Position numbers and translations under genes: made by a program. From Octopus sinensis (taxonomy: Eukaryota), in the NCBI RefSeq assembly GCF_006345805.1, contig NW_021826260.1:1-41743 (forward strand): a stretch of 41,743 nucleotides of DNA. The letters are read 5' to 3'. Of the stretch, positions 12,192 through 23,600 are shown in pieces. Each line of letters opens with the position of its first letter. The first letter of the stretch is position 1. The notes under the pieces were generated by a model that was not told the DNA's origin, searched no databases, and saw only the letters and a program-made list of their open reading frames with translations.

Positions 12192-12464
12192 GTAAGTTTA
12201 ACAGATGTGGATATTTTACTTTGTAATGTACTAACCTATATTTACTACTGTCTATTGAATATTCGCTTGTGTTATTCACACCATCTTGATATTTATAAAG
12301 AATACAATTTGACTGCTATTTCTGTGCTGAACAACGACAAAAACAGCGCTAATTTATCGTCTTTTTCCGTTCCTTAACTGCAGTGAAATTTTAAGTCCAA
12401 TTTTCAGAACAATCCACCGTTTGTTGTTCCCCTGATATATTTCCACACCTTCAAACACATTCAG
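12192..12464 (+). other. Putative 5' intron of caspase-A
   Basis: Donor GTAAGT at 12192 (alternative AAG|GT at 12190). Candidate acceptors are CAG at 12383, 12407 and 12464. All are conserved in the paralog (32637; 32820, 32843, 32900). Confidence 0.55.
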
Positions 12465-12471
12465 ATCAATC

Positions 12472-13341
12472 ATGGACTACACAGATGCACAACGTGTTGA
12501 AGGTATTTTTTTTAATGAGAAGGATCCCAATTCACAACCTAAAGATGTTGAAATGGTGTCTGTTGAGGAATGTAGCGAATCTGTAAATACCAGATATGAC
12601 ATGGATCACAAAAAAGAGAATCTGGCTTTAATAATAAATAACGTGAACTTTGATGAATCGACAGGAATGCCTGAACGACAAGGATCCGATGAAGACGCAT
12701 CAGCAATTAAAATGATATTGAAGTCATTGCATTTTAAGGTGATCAACCGCAGGAATTTATCAGTGAAAGAGATGACGCGAATCTTTACGGATATATCCAC
12801 GATGGAGCATGCGAAGTATAACTGCTTCCTTTGTGTTATATTGACACACGGTGAAGATGATAACCAGATTTATGGCACTGATGGCAAAGTAAATCTTAAC
12901 GATTTAGTAGAGAAGTTGCTTCCTAATAGATGCCCAAGCTTAATAGGTAAGCCAAAACTATTCTTCGTACAAGCTTGTCGGGGAACAAAACTGGACAGAG
13001 GTGCAGTTATGCACGATGCCGATGCTTTTGTAAGAGAGAAATATCAAAATGTCACATCTCACAAAGTACCACTTTGGGCAGACGTTCTTCTAGCTTATTC
13101 CACTGTCCCTGGATTTTACGCCTGGAGAAATTCCACTAATGGATCGTGGTTTATTCAATCGTTGGCTCACATTTTGGAAAAAGACGGAGACCGACTTGAA
13201 CTGCAACAATTAATGATTTCAGTAAATCGTAGGGTTGCCTATGAATATGAGTCTAAGACTAGACATTCAGAGATTAATGAAATGAAACAAGTTCCTTGCA
13301 TAGCAAGCATGTTGACAAAAGAATTATACTTTTACAAGTGA
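12472..13341 (+). CDS. Effector caspase (caspase-3/7-like), paralog A, 289 aa
   Basis: ALIINN, RQGS, LTHG (catalytic His), GKPKLFFVQACRG (catalytic Cys), YSTVPGFYAWRN, GSWFIQ and KQVP..SMLTKELYF. Short prodomain and an intact ORF. Confidence 0.96.
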   Translation: MDYTDAQRVEGIFFNEKDPNSQPKDVEMVSVEECSESVNTRYDMDHKKENLALIINNVNFDESTGMPERQGSDEDASAIKMILKSLHFKVINRRNLSVKEMTRIFTDISTMEHAKYNCFLCVILTHGEDDNQIYGTDGKVNLNDLVEKLLPNRCPSLIGKPKLFFVQACRGTKLDRGAVMHDADAFVREKYQNVTSHKVPLWADVLLAYSTVPGFYAWRNSTNGSWFIQSLAHILEKDGDRLELQQLMISVNRRVAYEYESKTRHSEINEMKQVPCIASMLTKELYFYK

Positions 13342-13409
13342 AATCTTCCTTTTTTTATGTCCTCTCCTCTTTCCTCCTGACCTTATCCACACATGCAAAC
13401 ATACACACA

Positions 13410-13464
<55 letters not shown>

Positions 13465-13525
13465 ACACACATATTCTGTTGTGAGAACTTACTTTGTTTC
13501 ATTGTAATATTTTTTTATGTACTCT

Positions 13526-13942
13526 TTACGTTCTGAGTTCAAATTTCGCCGAGGTCGACTTTGCCTTTCATCTTTTCGAGGTCGATAAAATAAGTACCAG
13601 TTGCGTACTGGGGTCGATCAAATCAACTGGCCTATTCCCCCAAAAATTCCAAGCCTTGTGCCTAGTGTGAAAAAACAATTTTTAACGTACTAAGGCGTTG
13701 AGCTGGCAGAAACGTTAGCGCGCCGGGCGAAATGCGCAGCCATATTTCGTCTGCCGTTACGTCCTGAGTTCAAATTCCGCCAAGGTCAACTTTGCCTTTC
13801 ATCCTTTCGGGGTCGATAAATTAAGTATCAGTTACGCACTGGGGTCGATATAATCGACTTAATCCGCTTGTCTGTCCTTGTTTGTCCTCTCTCTGTGTTT
13901 AGCCTCTTGTGGGTAGTAAAGAAATAGGTATTTCGTCTGTCT
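13526..13942 (+). mobile_element. Two SINE copies with Deu/Nin-type central domain (family C)
   Basis: GAGTTCAAATTCCGCCGAGGTCGACTTTGCCTTTCATCCTTTCGGGGTCGATAAA..AAGTACCAG appears twice (13526-13672 partial, 13690-13942). Same family as 31519-31930. Confidence 0.8.
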
Positions 13943-14391
13943 TTATTTGTACTAGGACTATATAACTTTATATGATCTTTCACTTCTTAATACAGTTGGC
14001 TGTTATTTCAAAGTTGTTTGACTGCTACATGGACATTTGTTCAGTACTCGCACCCACTCAGCACTAATGCACTTACGTTTTTAACAATTTATCCTATACA
14101 TATATATATATATATATATAATATATAATACATATATATATATATATATCCAAGAAAGAGGTTGTGAATCCAACCAACTAAGCGATAATATCTATCCAAT
14201 ATACTGCTGGTAGAATACCCAATTATTAAAACCCAAATGTTTTTTTATTGCATCATATATATGTAAAGCATAATATGTTAATTTGTTTTAATTGTCATTT
14301 TAATTAATAAATAAATAAATAAATAAATTGACATAATATAATGTCTAAAAGTTGATGAATACCACTTATTGATCCCCTCCATTTTCTTATT

Positions 14392-14431
<40 letters not shown>

Positions 14432-15194
14432 GAACATTTTTGTATTTTTGTAATTTTGTAAATTTATCTTTTCTGTATTTTCTCTGGAATTTTAACATGT
14501 CATTCTATGTTATATTACCCCAAATTTTTAATTTAACAAATTTTTACCAAATGTTTTATGATTTTAAGCGTAAATTCAATGTGTTATATATGCAACACTG
14601 ATCCTTATATATTCATACATTTTATATGATGTTTATATATTTATATATTATTATATTTTTAAACGTCGGACTTTATATCTGTTCTGTAGATATAAATGAA
14701 TATATGAATATATGTAAGCGTTTGATCTTTCTGTGGATTTTGTAATGTTCCTTTAATTGCTGCTCACATTGCCACCCCTCGGATTAATAAGTATATATAT
14801 ACGTATATTTGTATGTGTTATATATGTACAGTATATATATATATATATACTATATTAATTCGATAGATTAGAATACAAATATAAGTATAATTTTAACTTC
14901 AACTTTGACGAAAAGAAAAAATCCTCATACGGATATTACGCTTGAATTTGTTTGTATTAAGAAGAACTATATACTGAAAACCATAGTCTAAATGTATGTT
15001 TTTTATATGTTTATATGCATGTATATTTGTATACATATATGTATGTATATATATATTTATTTGTATGGATTGTGGATGTTTATCTTGTATCGTAATATTT
15101 TATATATTGGAATCTATTAATATTATAATATGTATTGTCAAGTGAAGATTACACTAAATCTAATAATATTGTTATCATTGATAAAACTAATAAG

Positions 15195-15289
<95 letters not shown>

Positions 15290-15297
15290 AAGAAGAA
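15195..15297. repeat. Compound (ATA)n(AGA)n microsatellite
   Basis: Directly visible. It explains the poly-I/poly-R pseudo-ORF. Confidence 0.95.
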
Positions 15298-15580
15298 TTG
15301 ATTATTATTTATGTAGCCATAAGCATAGACGTGTTTATATGTTCCAGTATATGTATATGTATATGATGAATGGTATATTTACTTGTACCTACTGTTTAAT
15401 TGTGTTTATTTATGTATTTTTACACATGTAAGAGTATATACAATCTGCTTATGCATGTATATGTGCATATATGTATCTGTATATGTCTATATGGATATTT
15501 GTTCATATTTTTTATATATATCAAATAATACGTGTATCATGTTTCGTGTATTAATATAAATATTTTTAAAGTTCCTTATA

Positions 15581-15711
15581 ACCTCTGACGAGGCCTTTGG
15601 TTATATATATAAGTACCCTATTTTTAAATGCCTACAACCTCAATATATTGACAACTGTAAGCAATAAAAATTTTAATGACTTTTAACCATAGGCTGAAAC
15701 AGCTGTAAGAA
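15581..15711 (+). ncRNA. Hammerhead ribozyme-like motif with extended stem II
   Basis: CTGACGA-GGCCTTTGGTTA...(~80 nt)...TAACCATAGGCT-GAAA-CAGCTG-TA. Canonical core and palindromic ACAGCTGT, but stem I is largely decayed. Confidence 0.55.
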
Positions 15712-15965
15712 GTGATTTTAATGATTGCAATAATTTATATTATGATTTTTATAATTTGTATTCTTATCTTATATGTATTGAATTGTAAGATATATATGTA
15801 TGCTATTAAGGTTCTCATTTTGTTAAATGAATAAATAATTCAACATTCTAATATCCGAAAGTTGATGAACAAACTAAATTGTTTCTCCATTTTCTTATTT
15901 GTATTATAAATTTACGGTAAAAATATTTCTTTACCTTCACCCGTTTAATACAGTCGTTTGGCTAC

Positions 15966-16007
15966 GCTGCATTGAAAAGGGGCAATACCCCGAAACGCGT
16001 CTGTAGC
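15966..16007 (+). ncRNA. Minimal type I hammerhead ribozyme (U3-A8), copy 1
   Basis: GCTGCA-TTGAAAA-GGGG CAATA CCCC-GAAA-CGCG-TC-TGTAGC. Predicted cut after C16001. Confidence 0.85.
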
Positions 16008-16324
16008 TGCCGGCCAAGTAGTGTGGAGCGACTGACCTCCCTTGTTCAAAGGTTATATGGATACAGTTTGTGTATCAAATAGCTAACTTAAGGCGATGGC
16101 CTCATGGAGCTAAAAGCGGTCAGCTTTTTTCTTATTTTTATAAGAATGCATATTAGTATGGCGATAACTAATATTTTCCGGGAACGCTGCCGTTGTTCTC
16201 TTTTAGAGAGACTTAGTAATTTTAATATTTCTATTATTGAAAACAAGTGGATGTATTCCACCGAAGCTAGGTAAATAAAACTTTGAAAGAGATTGTCGGA
16301 AGCGACACCTACTGGTTTGGCTAC

Positions 16325-16366
16325 GCTGCATTGAAAAGGGGCAATACCCCGAAACGCGTCTGTAGC
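16325..16366 (+). ncRNA. Minimal type I hammerhead ribozyme (U3-A8), copy 2
   Basis: Identical to copy 1. Predicted cut after C16360. Confidence 0.85.
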
Positions 16367-16683
16367 TGCCGGCCAAGTAGTGTGGGCGACTGACCTCCCT
16401 TGTTCAAAGGTTATATGGATACAGTTGTGTATCAAATAGCTAACTTAAGGCGATGGCCTCATGGAGCTAATAAGCGGTCAGCTTTTTTCTTATTTTATAA
16501 GAATGCCATATTGTATGGCGATAACTAATATTTTCCGGGAACGCTGCCGTTGTTCTCTTTTAGAGAGACTTAGTAATTTTAATATTTCTATTATTGAAAA
16601 CAAGTGGATGTATTCCACCGAAGCTAGGTAAATAAAACCTTTGAACAGAGATTGTCGGAAGCGACACCTACTGGTTTGGCTAC

Positions 16684-16725
16684 GCTGCATTGAAAAGGGG
16701 CAATACCCCGAAACGCGTCTGTAGC
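16684..16725 (+). ncRNA. Minimal type I hammerhead ribozyme (U3-A8), copy 3
   Basis: Identical to copy 1. Predicted cut after C16719. Confidence 0.85.
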
Positions 16726-16896
16726 TGCCGGCCAAGTAGTGTGGAGCGACTGACCTCCCTTGTTCAAAGGTTATATGGATACAGTTTGTGTATCAAATAG
16801 CTAACTTAAGGCGATGGCCTCATGGAGCTAATAAGCGGTCAGCTTTTTTCTTATTTTTATAAGAATGCCATATTAGTATGGCGATAACTAATATTT

Positions 16897-16944
<48 letters not shown>

Positions 16945-17173
16945 TATATATAGGTATACATATGTATACATATACGCATAGATATACACATATATATACA
17001 TATACATATGGATATATGCATATACATATATACATATAGATATATACAATACATATAGATATATACATATACATACATATATATATATAAATATACATAT
17101 TTATATATATATATATATATACAATATATATATACATATATACATATACCTATACATATATACATATATAATA

Positions 17174-17226
<53 letters not shown>

Positions 17227-17604
17227 TATATATATATACATATACATATATATCCATATACATATATAAACATATTCATACATATATATATACATATATA
17301 AACATATGCATATATATATACATACAGATAGATATAATTTATATATATTATATATATACGTATATATATATACATATATATACACATATATATACATATA
17401 TACGCATATATACATATATATACGTATATACGCATACATATATATATATACTTATGTATATATATATATACTATAATATATATATATATATAATATATAT
17501 ATATATAATATATATAGATATATATATTATAGATATATATATATATATAATATATATATATATATACATATATATATACATATATATATATATATACATA
17601 TGTA

Positions 17605-18690
17605 TCAGGTCGTCCCATAAGTTCTGTTCCAATTTTGAATAAAGAAAACAAGTGATGAAATGTTATATTGAATTGAAATTTAATCATCAATGTACTTTCC
17701 CTGATTATCTCTGACTTCCTTCCATCTATTTACAAGCTTTTTAATCCCATCAATGTAAAACTCTTTGGGTTTTAAAGCGAAGAGCTCTGAAGTGTCAGTT
17801 TCGACCTCCTCCTGGCTTGCGAAAGTTATGTCCTCAAATGATTCTGTAAACTACGAAACAAATGCTAATCGGAAGGGATAATAAGGTGGATGAGGATTTT
17901 TTTCTCAATCAAGCTCTTCGATCTTCTGTGATGTGATCTTTGCAGTGTGGGGTCGCACATTGTCCTTATGAAACATCACTCCTTTTCGATTCATTAAAGC
18001 GGTTCTTTTTTTCTTCAAAATTTGGTTCAAACGCTCTAATTGCGGACAGTTGACTTGAGCATTGATTGTTGCATTAGGTGCAAACAATTCCCACCAGATA
18101 GAGAGAAGAAACTTTTTCCCATGAAGTTCCTTTCTCGGTTGTGGTTGAGCTTTTTCCCTTTTACCAAGCCACTGTTTACGACGTTTAACATTTCGATAGA
18201 AGATCCCTTTTTCGTCACCAGTCACAAGTCTATCCAAAAAGGATGAAATGAGTTCGCAAGAATGGAGAGAAGAGCAGATGTCAATTCGGGATTTGCGGTT
18301 GCTTTCGGACAATTCATGAGGCAACAATTTTCCAAGTTTAGGAACCTTTCCAAGTTGTTGAAGATGATGAACAGTTGTATGGTTTGAACTAAGCTTTATT
18401 GCCAATTCTTCAACTGATAATGCAGGATTTTCTTCAAGTAATGCCTCAAGGAGCTTATCATCAAACTCAACTGGACCTCCTGCTCGATCATCATCTTCAA
18501 GGCTGAAATCTCCACTTCTGAATTTTGCAAACCATCTTCTGCAAGTTCTTTCATTCAAGCATTCTTTCCCATAAACTGAGTGCATGTTTCGAGTCACATC
18601 AGATGCAGAGTTTTCTTTTTTGTACTCATAAAACATTATGTGCCTTAAATACTCTTTGGATACTTCCATGTTAGAAAGAGTTTTAATCAA
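17605..18690 (-). mobile_element. Mariner transposon remnant, transposase pseudogene
   Basis: ORF 17905-18690 has an HTH (TCRRWFAKFRSGDFSLED), LLPHEL (cf. WVPHEL), VTGDEK and HKDNVRPH. Premature stops and a decayed YSPDLAPSD region follow. TA plus a TIR-like end TCAGGTCGTCCCATAAGTTCTGTTCC lies at 17603-17630, and no opposite TIR was found. Confidence 0.92.
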
Positions 18691-18748
18691 AGAAATATAT
18701 ACATATATGAATATACATATATTTTTTTGTGCTTCTTGTTTGGATTAA

Positions 18749-18826
<78 letters not shown>

Positions 18827-18834
18827 TCTTAAAT

Positions 18835-19572
18835 CCTTAAAAACGTTTTAGCCCGAAGGCCGCGGCCATGCTGGGGCACCACCGCTGAATGAGCTACACT
18901 AATTTGTGAATCCACCTCTGACACGTGGCACTTGATCAACAAGGGAGTTCGATGCTGCTGCCCACATCTGTGTCTCCTGTCGTGAGGTAGGTTCATCTGG
19001 GACTCCCGACAAGAAGAGATCCAGTTTAGTTTTAAAGAAACCCACATCCACACCATGTAAGTCTCTCAGGCATTTAGGGAGGATGTTAAAGAGCTGTGGT
19101 CCTCTGAAACCCAAGCTGTTGCAGTATCTGGACCTGTATTTTGATGGTGATGTTGGAATCCTTGGCACCATGCAGTGGCGCCCCGTTCTGCGGTTGGGGT
19201 AACTTTGAATGCCAAAGTTTGGGACAAGACCCTCCAGGATTTTCCAGATGTATATCATCGCATATCTCTCCCGTCTCCGCTCTAGGGAGAAGAGGTTTAA
19301 TACCTTCAGTCTTTCCCAGTAGCTGATATGTTACATTGAGTCGATTTTCTTTGTGTAGCCATGAAGAATATACTGATGTGTTGTTCAAGGTTGGTGAGGA
19401 CTTCTCCTATTTTTGTTAGGCAGTCTTCAAACATGCCTGAGTGATTTGGGGCATCTGGTGGGCGATATGTAGTGCATATGACGATATTCAGTTGTCTTAT
19501 GTGTACAATTTGAGTTTCACACACTGAGTTTGAATATGACAACAGGACCTGGGCCGTGAGGTCATCTCGGAT
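18835..19572 (-). mobile_element. CR1/L2-group LINE, internally deleted (endonuclease stub joined to C-terminus and 3' tail)
   Basis: [14 protein letters not shown] (APE endonuclease-like) lies at ~19350-19570. It abuts [11 protein letters not shown]...IYIWKILEGLVPN...GPQLFNILP...FKTKLDLFL. Confidence 0.8.
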
Positions 19573-19718
19573 GTACATATACACATATACACATATATAT
19601 ATGTATATATATACATATACATATATACATAAATATATATACACATATATATACATATATATATATACATTTGTACATATACATATGTATATAAATATAT
19701 ATACATACGTATTTACAT

Positions 19719-19766
<48 letters not shown>

Positions 19767-19962
19767 ATATACATATGTACATATATATATATATCTATAT
19801 ATATACATAAATATTTATATATATATATACATATATATTTATATACATATACATATATAGTTATATACATATACATATATAGTTATATACATATATATTA
19901 TATATGTATACATATATATTTATATATATATACATATATATTTAATATATATACATACATAC

Positions 19963-20037
<75 letters not shown>

Positions 20038-20038
<1 letters not shown>

Positions 20039-20150
20039 TGGCTGTGTGGTAAGTAGCTTGCTTACAAACTACATGGTTCCGGGTTCAGTCCCACTACCTC
20101 GTACCTTGCGCAAGTGTCTTCTACTATAACGTCGGGCCAACCAAAGCCTT
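20038..20150 (+). mobile_element. CORE-type SINE (family B), 5' part
   Basis: TGGCTGTGTGGTAAG...GGGTTCAGTCCC...CCTTGCGCAAGTGTCTTC. Confidence 0.75.
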
Positions 20151-20363
20151 ATTTCGATTGTTGCGTGAAAAGTGAGCAGAAATTTCACAAGAGACAATCA
20201 CAAAGCTCATCAGCTTAATGCCAAAAATGCAAAGGGAATGTCAACTAAACACTAAAGTATGTAGTCCTACCTATCGATTACATTTTAATTGTTCGCTTTG
20301 CGTATTAAATACAAAGATTTTGAACAATCAAGGTGTCTATTTACTTCCTCCATGTCTGTGCAT

Positions 20364-20395
<32 letters not shown>

Positions 20396-20665
20396 CATAC
20401 ATATCACCGTGATCCCCGTGACTGACCAGGCTATCAGATGTTGCTACACATCGCTGGTCACAATGTGCTTCGCATTGTTTTAGCTTTCAAATGACGCCAC
20501 CCCGCTGGCTAAGCGAGCAGGCCAATATATATACATATACATGTATATATACATATATATACACACATATATATACATATATATATACGTATATATACAT
20601 ATATATACATATATATATATACATATATATACATATATATATATATACGTATATATACATACATA

Positions 20666-23600
20666 TATGATGATGGCCGTCCACTCGTGACCGAGGAGGA
20701 CCATTGCCGACCTTCAGGAACATTGTGCGCTCTAGGACTAACTTATATTTTGCATTTGCGGCTCCGTTGGTGGCTAATGAGCCCAGCTCTTGACAAGCAT
20801 ACACGACTGCAAACATTGCAGACCAAGCTTTCCCCATTCACTATACGAGCCGTGCGCTTTCGCGCAGCTCGCTTAAGTTCTTCATGCTGAATACGTACTC
20901 TCTCAAAAGTGTCGATCCCCTCCTTAACCTGTTTCCTCCATCTGTGGCGATGACAGGCATTGTTCTCCCAGTCAGTGTCCTGCATTTAATGAGGACTTGA
21001 CAGTCCTTAAATCGCAGCCTTGGTTTCTGCCGGAGTCTCCTTCCATTCACAAGTTCTCCATAGAACATCTGCTTAGGAATCCTTCTATCCTTCATTCTAA
21101 TAATGTGTCCAGTCCAACGTAACCAGTGCTTGTGCACCATCACCCCAATACTCACGATATCAGCTGTCCTCAGGGCCTGTGTGTCTGGAATTTTTGAGGT
21201 CCAGCCAACATTGAGAATGTGTCTGAGACATCTCTGATGAAAGCGTTCAAGGACCCTTACCTGACGTTTGTGCAGAGTCCATGTATCACATGAGTAGAAA
21301 AGCGAGGAATTAGTTGCTTTCTACAACCTGAAAGATATTTCCTCATCCAGGGAGCAAGAACGGCTGAGTGTGCTGCCTAGGTAGACAAACTTGTCTACTA
21401 CCTTCAGAATTGTTCCTTCAAACAAGATAGCTGGTTCCATATATGGATTTCCTGGTGCAGGCTGAAACATTACAACAGTCTTGTGCAGGCTAATGCTGAG
21501 TCCAAATGCCCTGCAAGAAGCAGAAATGCAGTTCATGAGTATTTGCATGTCATCCACTGCATGAGTGACTAAGTCACAGTCATCTGCATAAAGGAGGTCA
21601 CGAATAATAGACTGGGAAACCTTTGAATTGGCCACAAATCGGCGAAGATTAAAGAGGCGGCCAGAAGATCGATATCTGACATATATCCCCAGAGAGCTAA
21701 CCTTAGCAAAAGCATGAGTAAAAGCAGTTGCAAAGTACAAAGAAAAGAGAGTTGAGGAAAGGATGTCACCCTGCTTGACACCATTCTCTACAGGAATGGG
21801 TCCCGCCATGGCACCACCAACATTGACCCAAGCCTCCATCCCATCATGAAATGATTTAATTATAGATACAAAGTGATCCGGACATCCAAGTTTGCCAAGT
21901 ATTTTCCATAGAAAGACCCTATTTACAGTATCAAAGGCCTTTGTTAAATCAATGAATACCTGGACAAGATCCATTTTCCGCTCAGAGCACTTTTCCTGCA
22001 TCTGTCTTGCTGTGAAAATCATATCCATTGTCCCTCTACTAGATCGGAAGCCACATTGAGATTCAGATAGGACATCATTTACGAGACACCCATTCAGACG
22101 GGTAAGAAGAATATTTGCCAGAACCTTGCCACCGGCTGATAGTAGAGCAATACCTCTGTAGTTACCACACATTGTTCTGGCTCCTTTTCCTTTATATAGA
22201 GGAAGAATAATTGCATCCTTCCAGTCCTTAGGGATTGCACCATCCCTCCAGACTGAGCTAATAAGTTCATGAAGGGACTGTGTGATGCAATTACCACCAA
22301 ATCGCAAGACCTCAGCACAAATTCCATCCTTTCCAGGTGCCCTACCAAGATTCAATTTACTTATTGATGTCATTACTTCATCTATCGAGGGCGAGGAGTC
22401 TAAGGAGCCAATGAGAGGTCTTTGTTGCATAGTATCAATCACTGTTTCATCCACAACTGACTCATGGTTTAGGAGTTCAGAGAAGTGTTCGATCCAGCGA
22501 CCTGTGATTTCTGTTGATTTAGTAAACAGGGTGGAAGACTCCTTGGAAAGCAAAGGAGCTGATGTGGAGCTCTTAGGTCCATAAGCTCGCTTCATAAGAT
22601 GGTAAAGCTTCTTGCTGTCATTTGCATCAGCAGCAGCCTGCACATCACGAGCAAGATCCTCTCACCAAGTGTTCTGCATCTTCCTGAGAGATCGCTGCAA
22701 TAGTGATTTTACACTGTTATAGTGGGCAAGTGCTAGACAGTTCTCTGTGCAGCAACACACTGTGGGCATGGCGCTTTACCACTAATAGTCGCTGAATTTC
22801 AGCATCACTCTCATCAAACCAGTCTCTGTGTCTGGCAGTACCATACCCCAGTGTCTCGGCTGCACATTGAACAACCTGGTCTCGAAGATCTTCCCATGCT
22901 GCAGCAGTTTCAATGCTGGACAAGCGAGTCTGAAGCTCTTTCCTAACCACAACATCATATACCTTGTGGACATTTAGACGGCGGGGAATGCTGACTGGTC
23001 CTCTTCTCTCTTTCGCCCTAATCACCATTCGGAACTTTGCTCGCACCAGACTGTGGTCTCACCAGCATTCTGATCCATGCAAGGACTTGACATTACAAAT
23101 GTCATAAATGTCGCGCTTGCGGATGATGACATAATCCAGCAAGTGCCAAACTTTGGACCTTGGATGCATCCATGTTGTTGTGTGATCACCTTTGCGCATA
23201 AAATGTAAAGTTCATGTTCTTCGCAAAGCTCCAGTAGCATGAGACCATTGCTATTCATTTTCCCTACTCCAAAACGTCCTAGAGAGTTCCATGTTTGCCA
23301 GTCTGTTCAAACCCTGGCATTAAAAGCCCCAGTAGAATGACTTTATCAGAATTGGGGATTTTTCTAAGTATGACTCTCAGCAGGGTATAAAAGATTGTTT
23401 TATCTTCATCACAGCTAGTCAAAGTAGGTGCATAGGCACTTATTAGAGTAGCAAACCGCTTACCTTTCAAGTGCAACCGTAGCGTCATTATACGTTCAGT
23501 TATAGGAACAGGGAGCTCTTCCAACTTCTTAAGGATATCAGATCGGACTGCAAAACCAACACCAGCCTCTCTGCGCTCCTCCTTCTGCCTTCCTTTCCAA

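Larger units (their letters stand above)
15956..16897 (+). repeat. Tandem array of 359-bp units (~2.6 copies), each with a hammerhead ribozyme; retrozyme-like
   Basis: Units are nearly identical, differing mainly by 1-nt indels. The ribozyme motif recurs at 15966, 16325 and 16684. Confidence 0.9.

Noticed and set aside
15956-16897. CRISPR array or protein-coding repeat (minus-strand ORFs 16088-16435, 16490-16735)
   Set aside because: Whole units repeat with no unique spacers, and the ORFs are not preserved between units.
17905-18690. Active or domesticated (SETMAR-like) transposase
   Set aside because: The ORF stops before the third catalytic Asp, motifs are decayed, there is no fused domain, and one TIR is missing.
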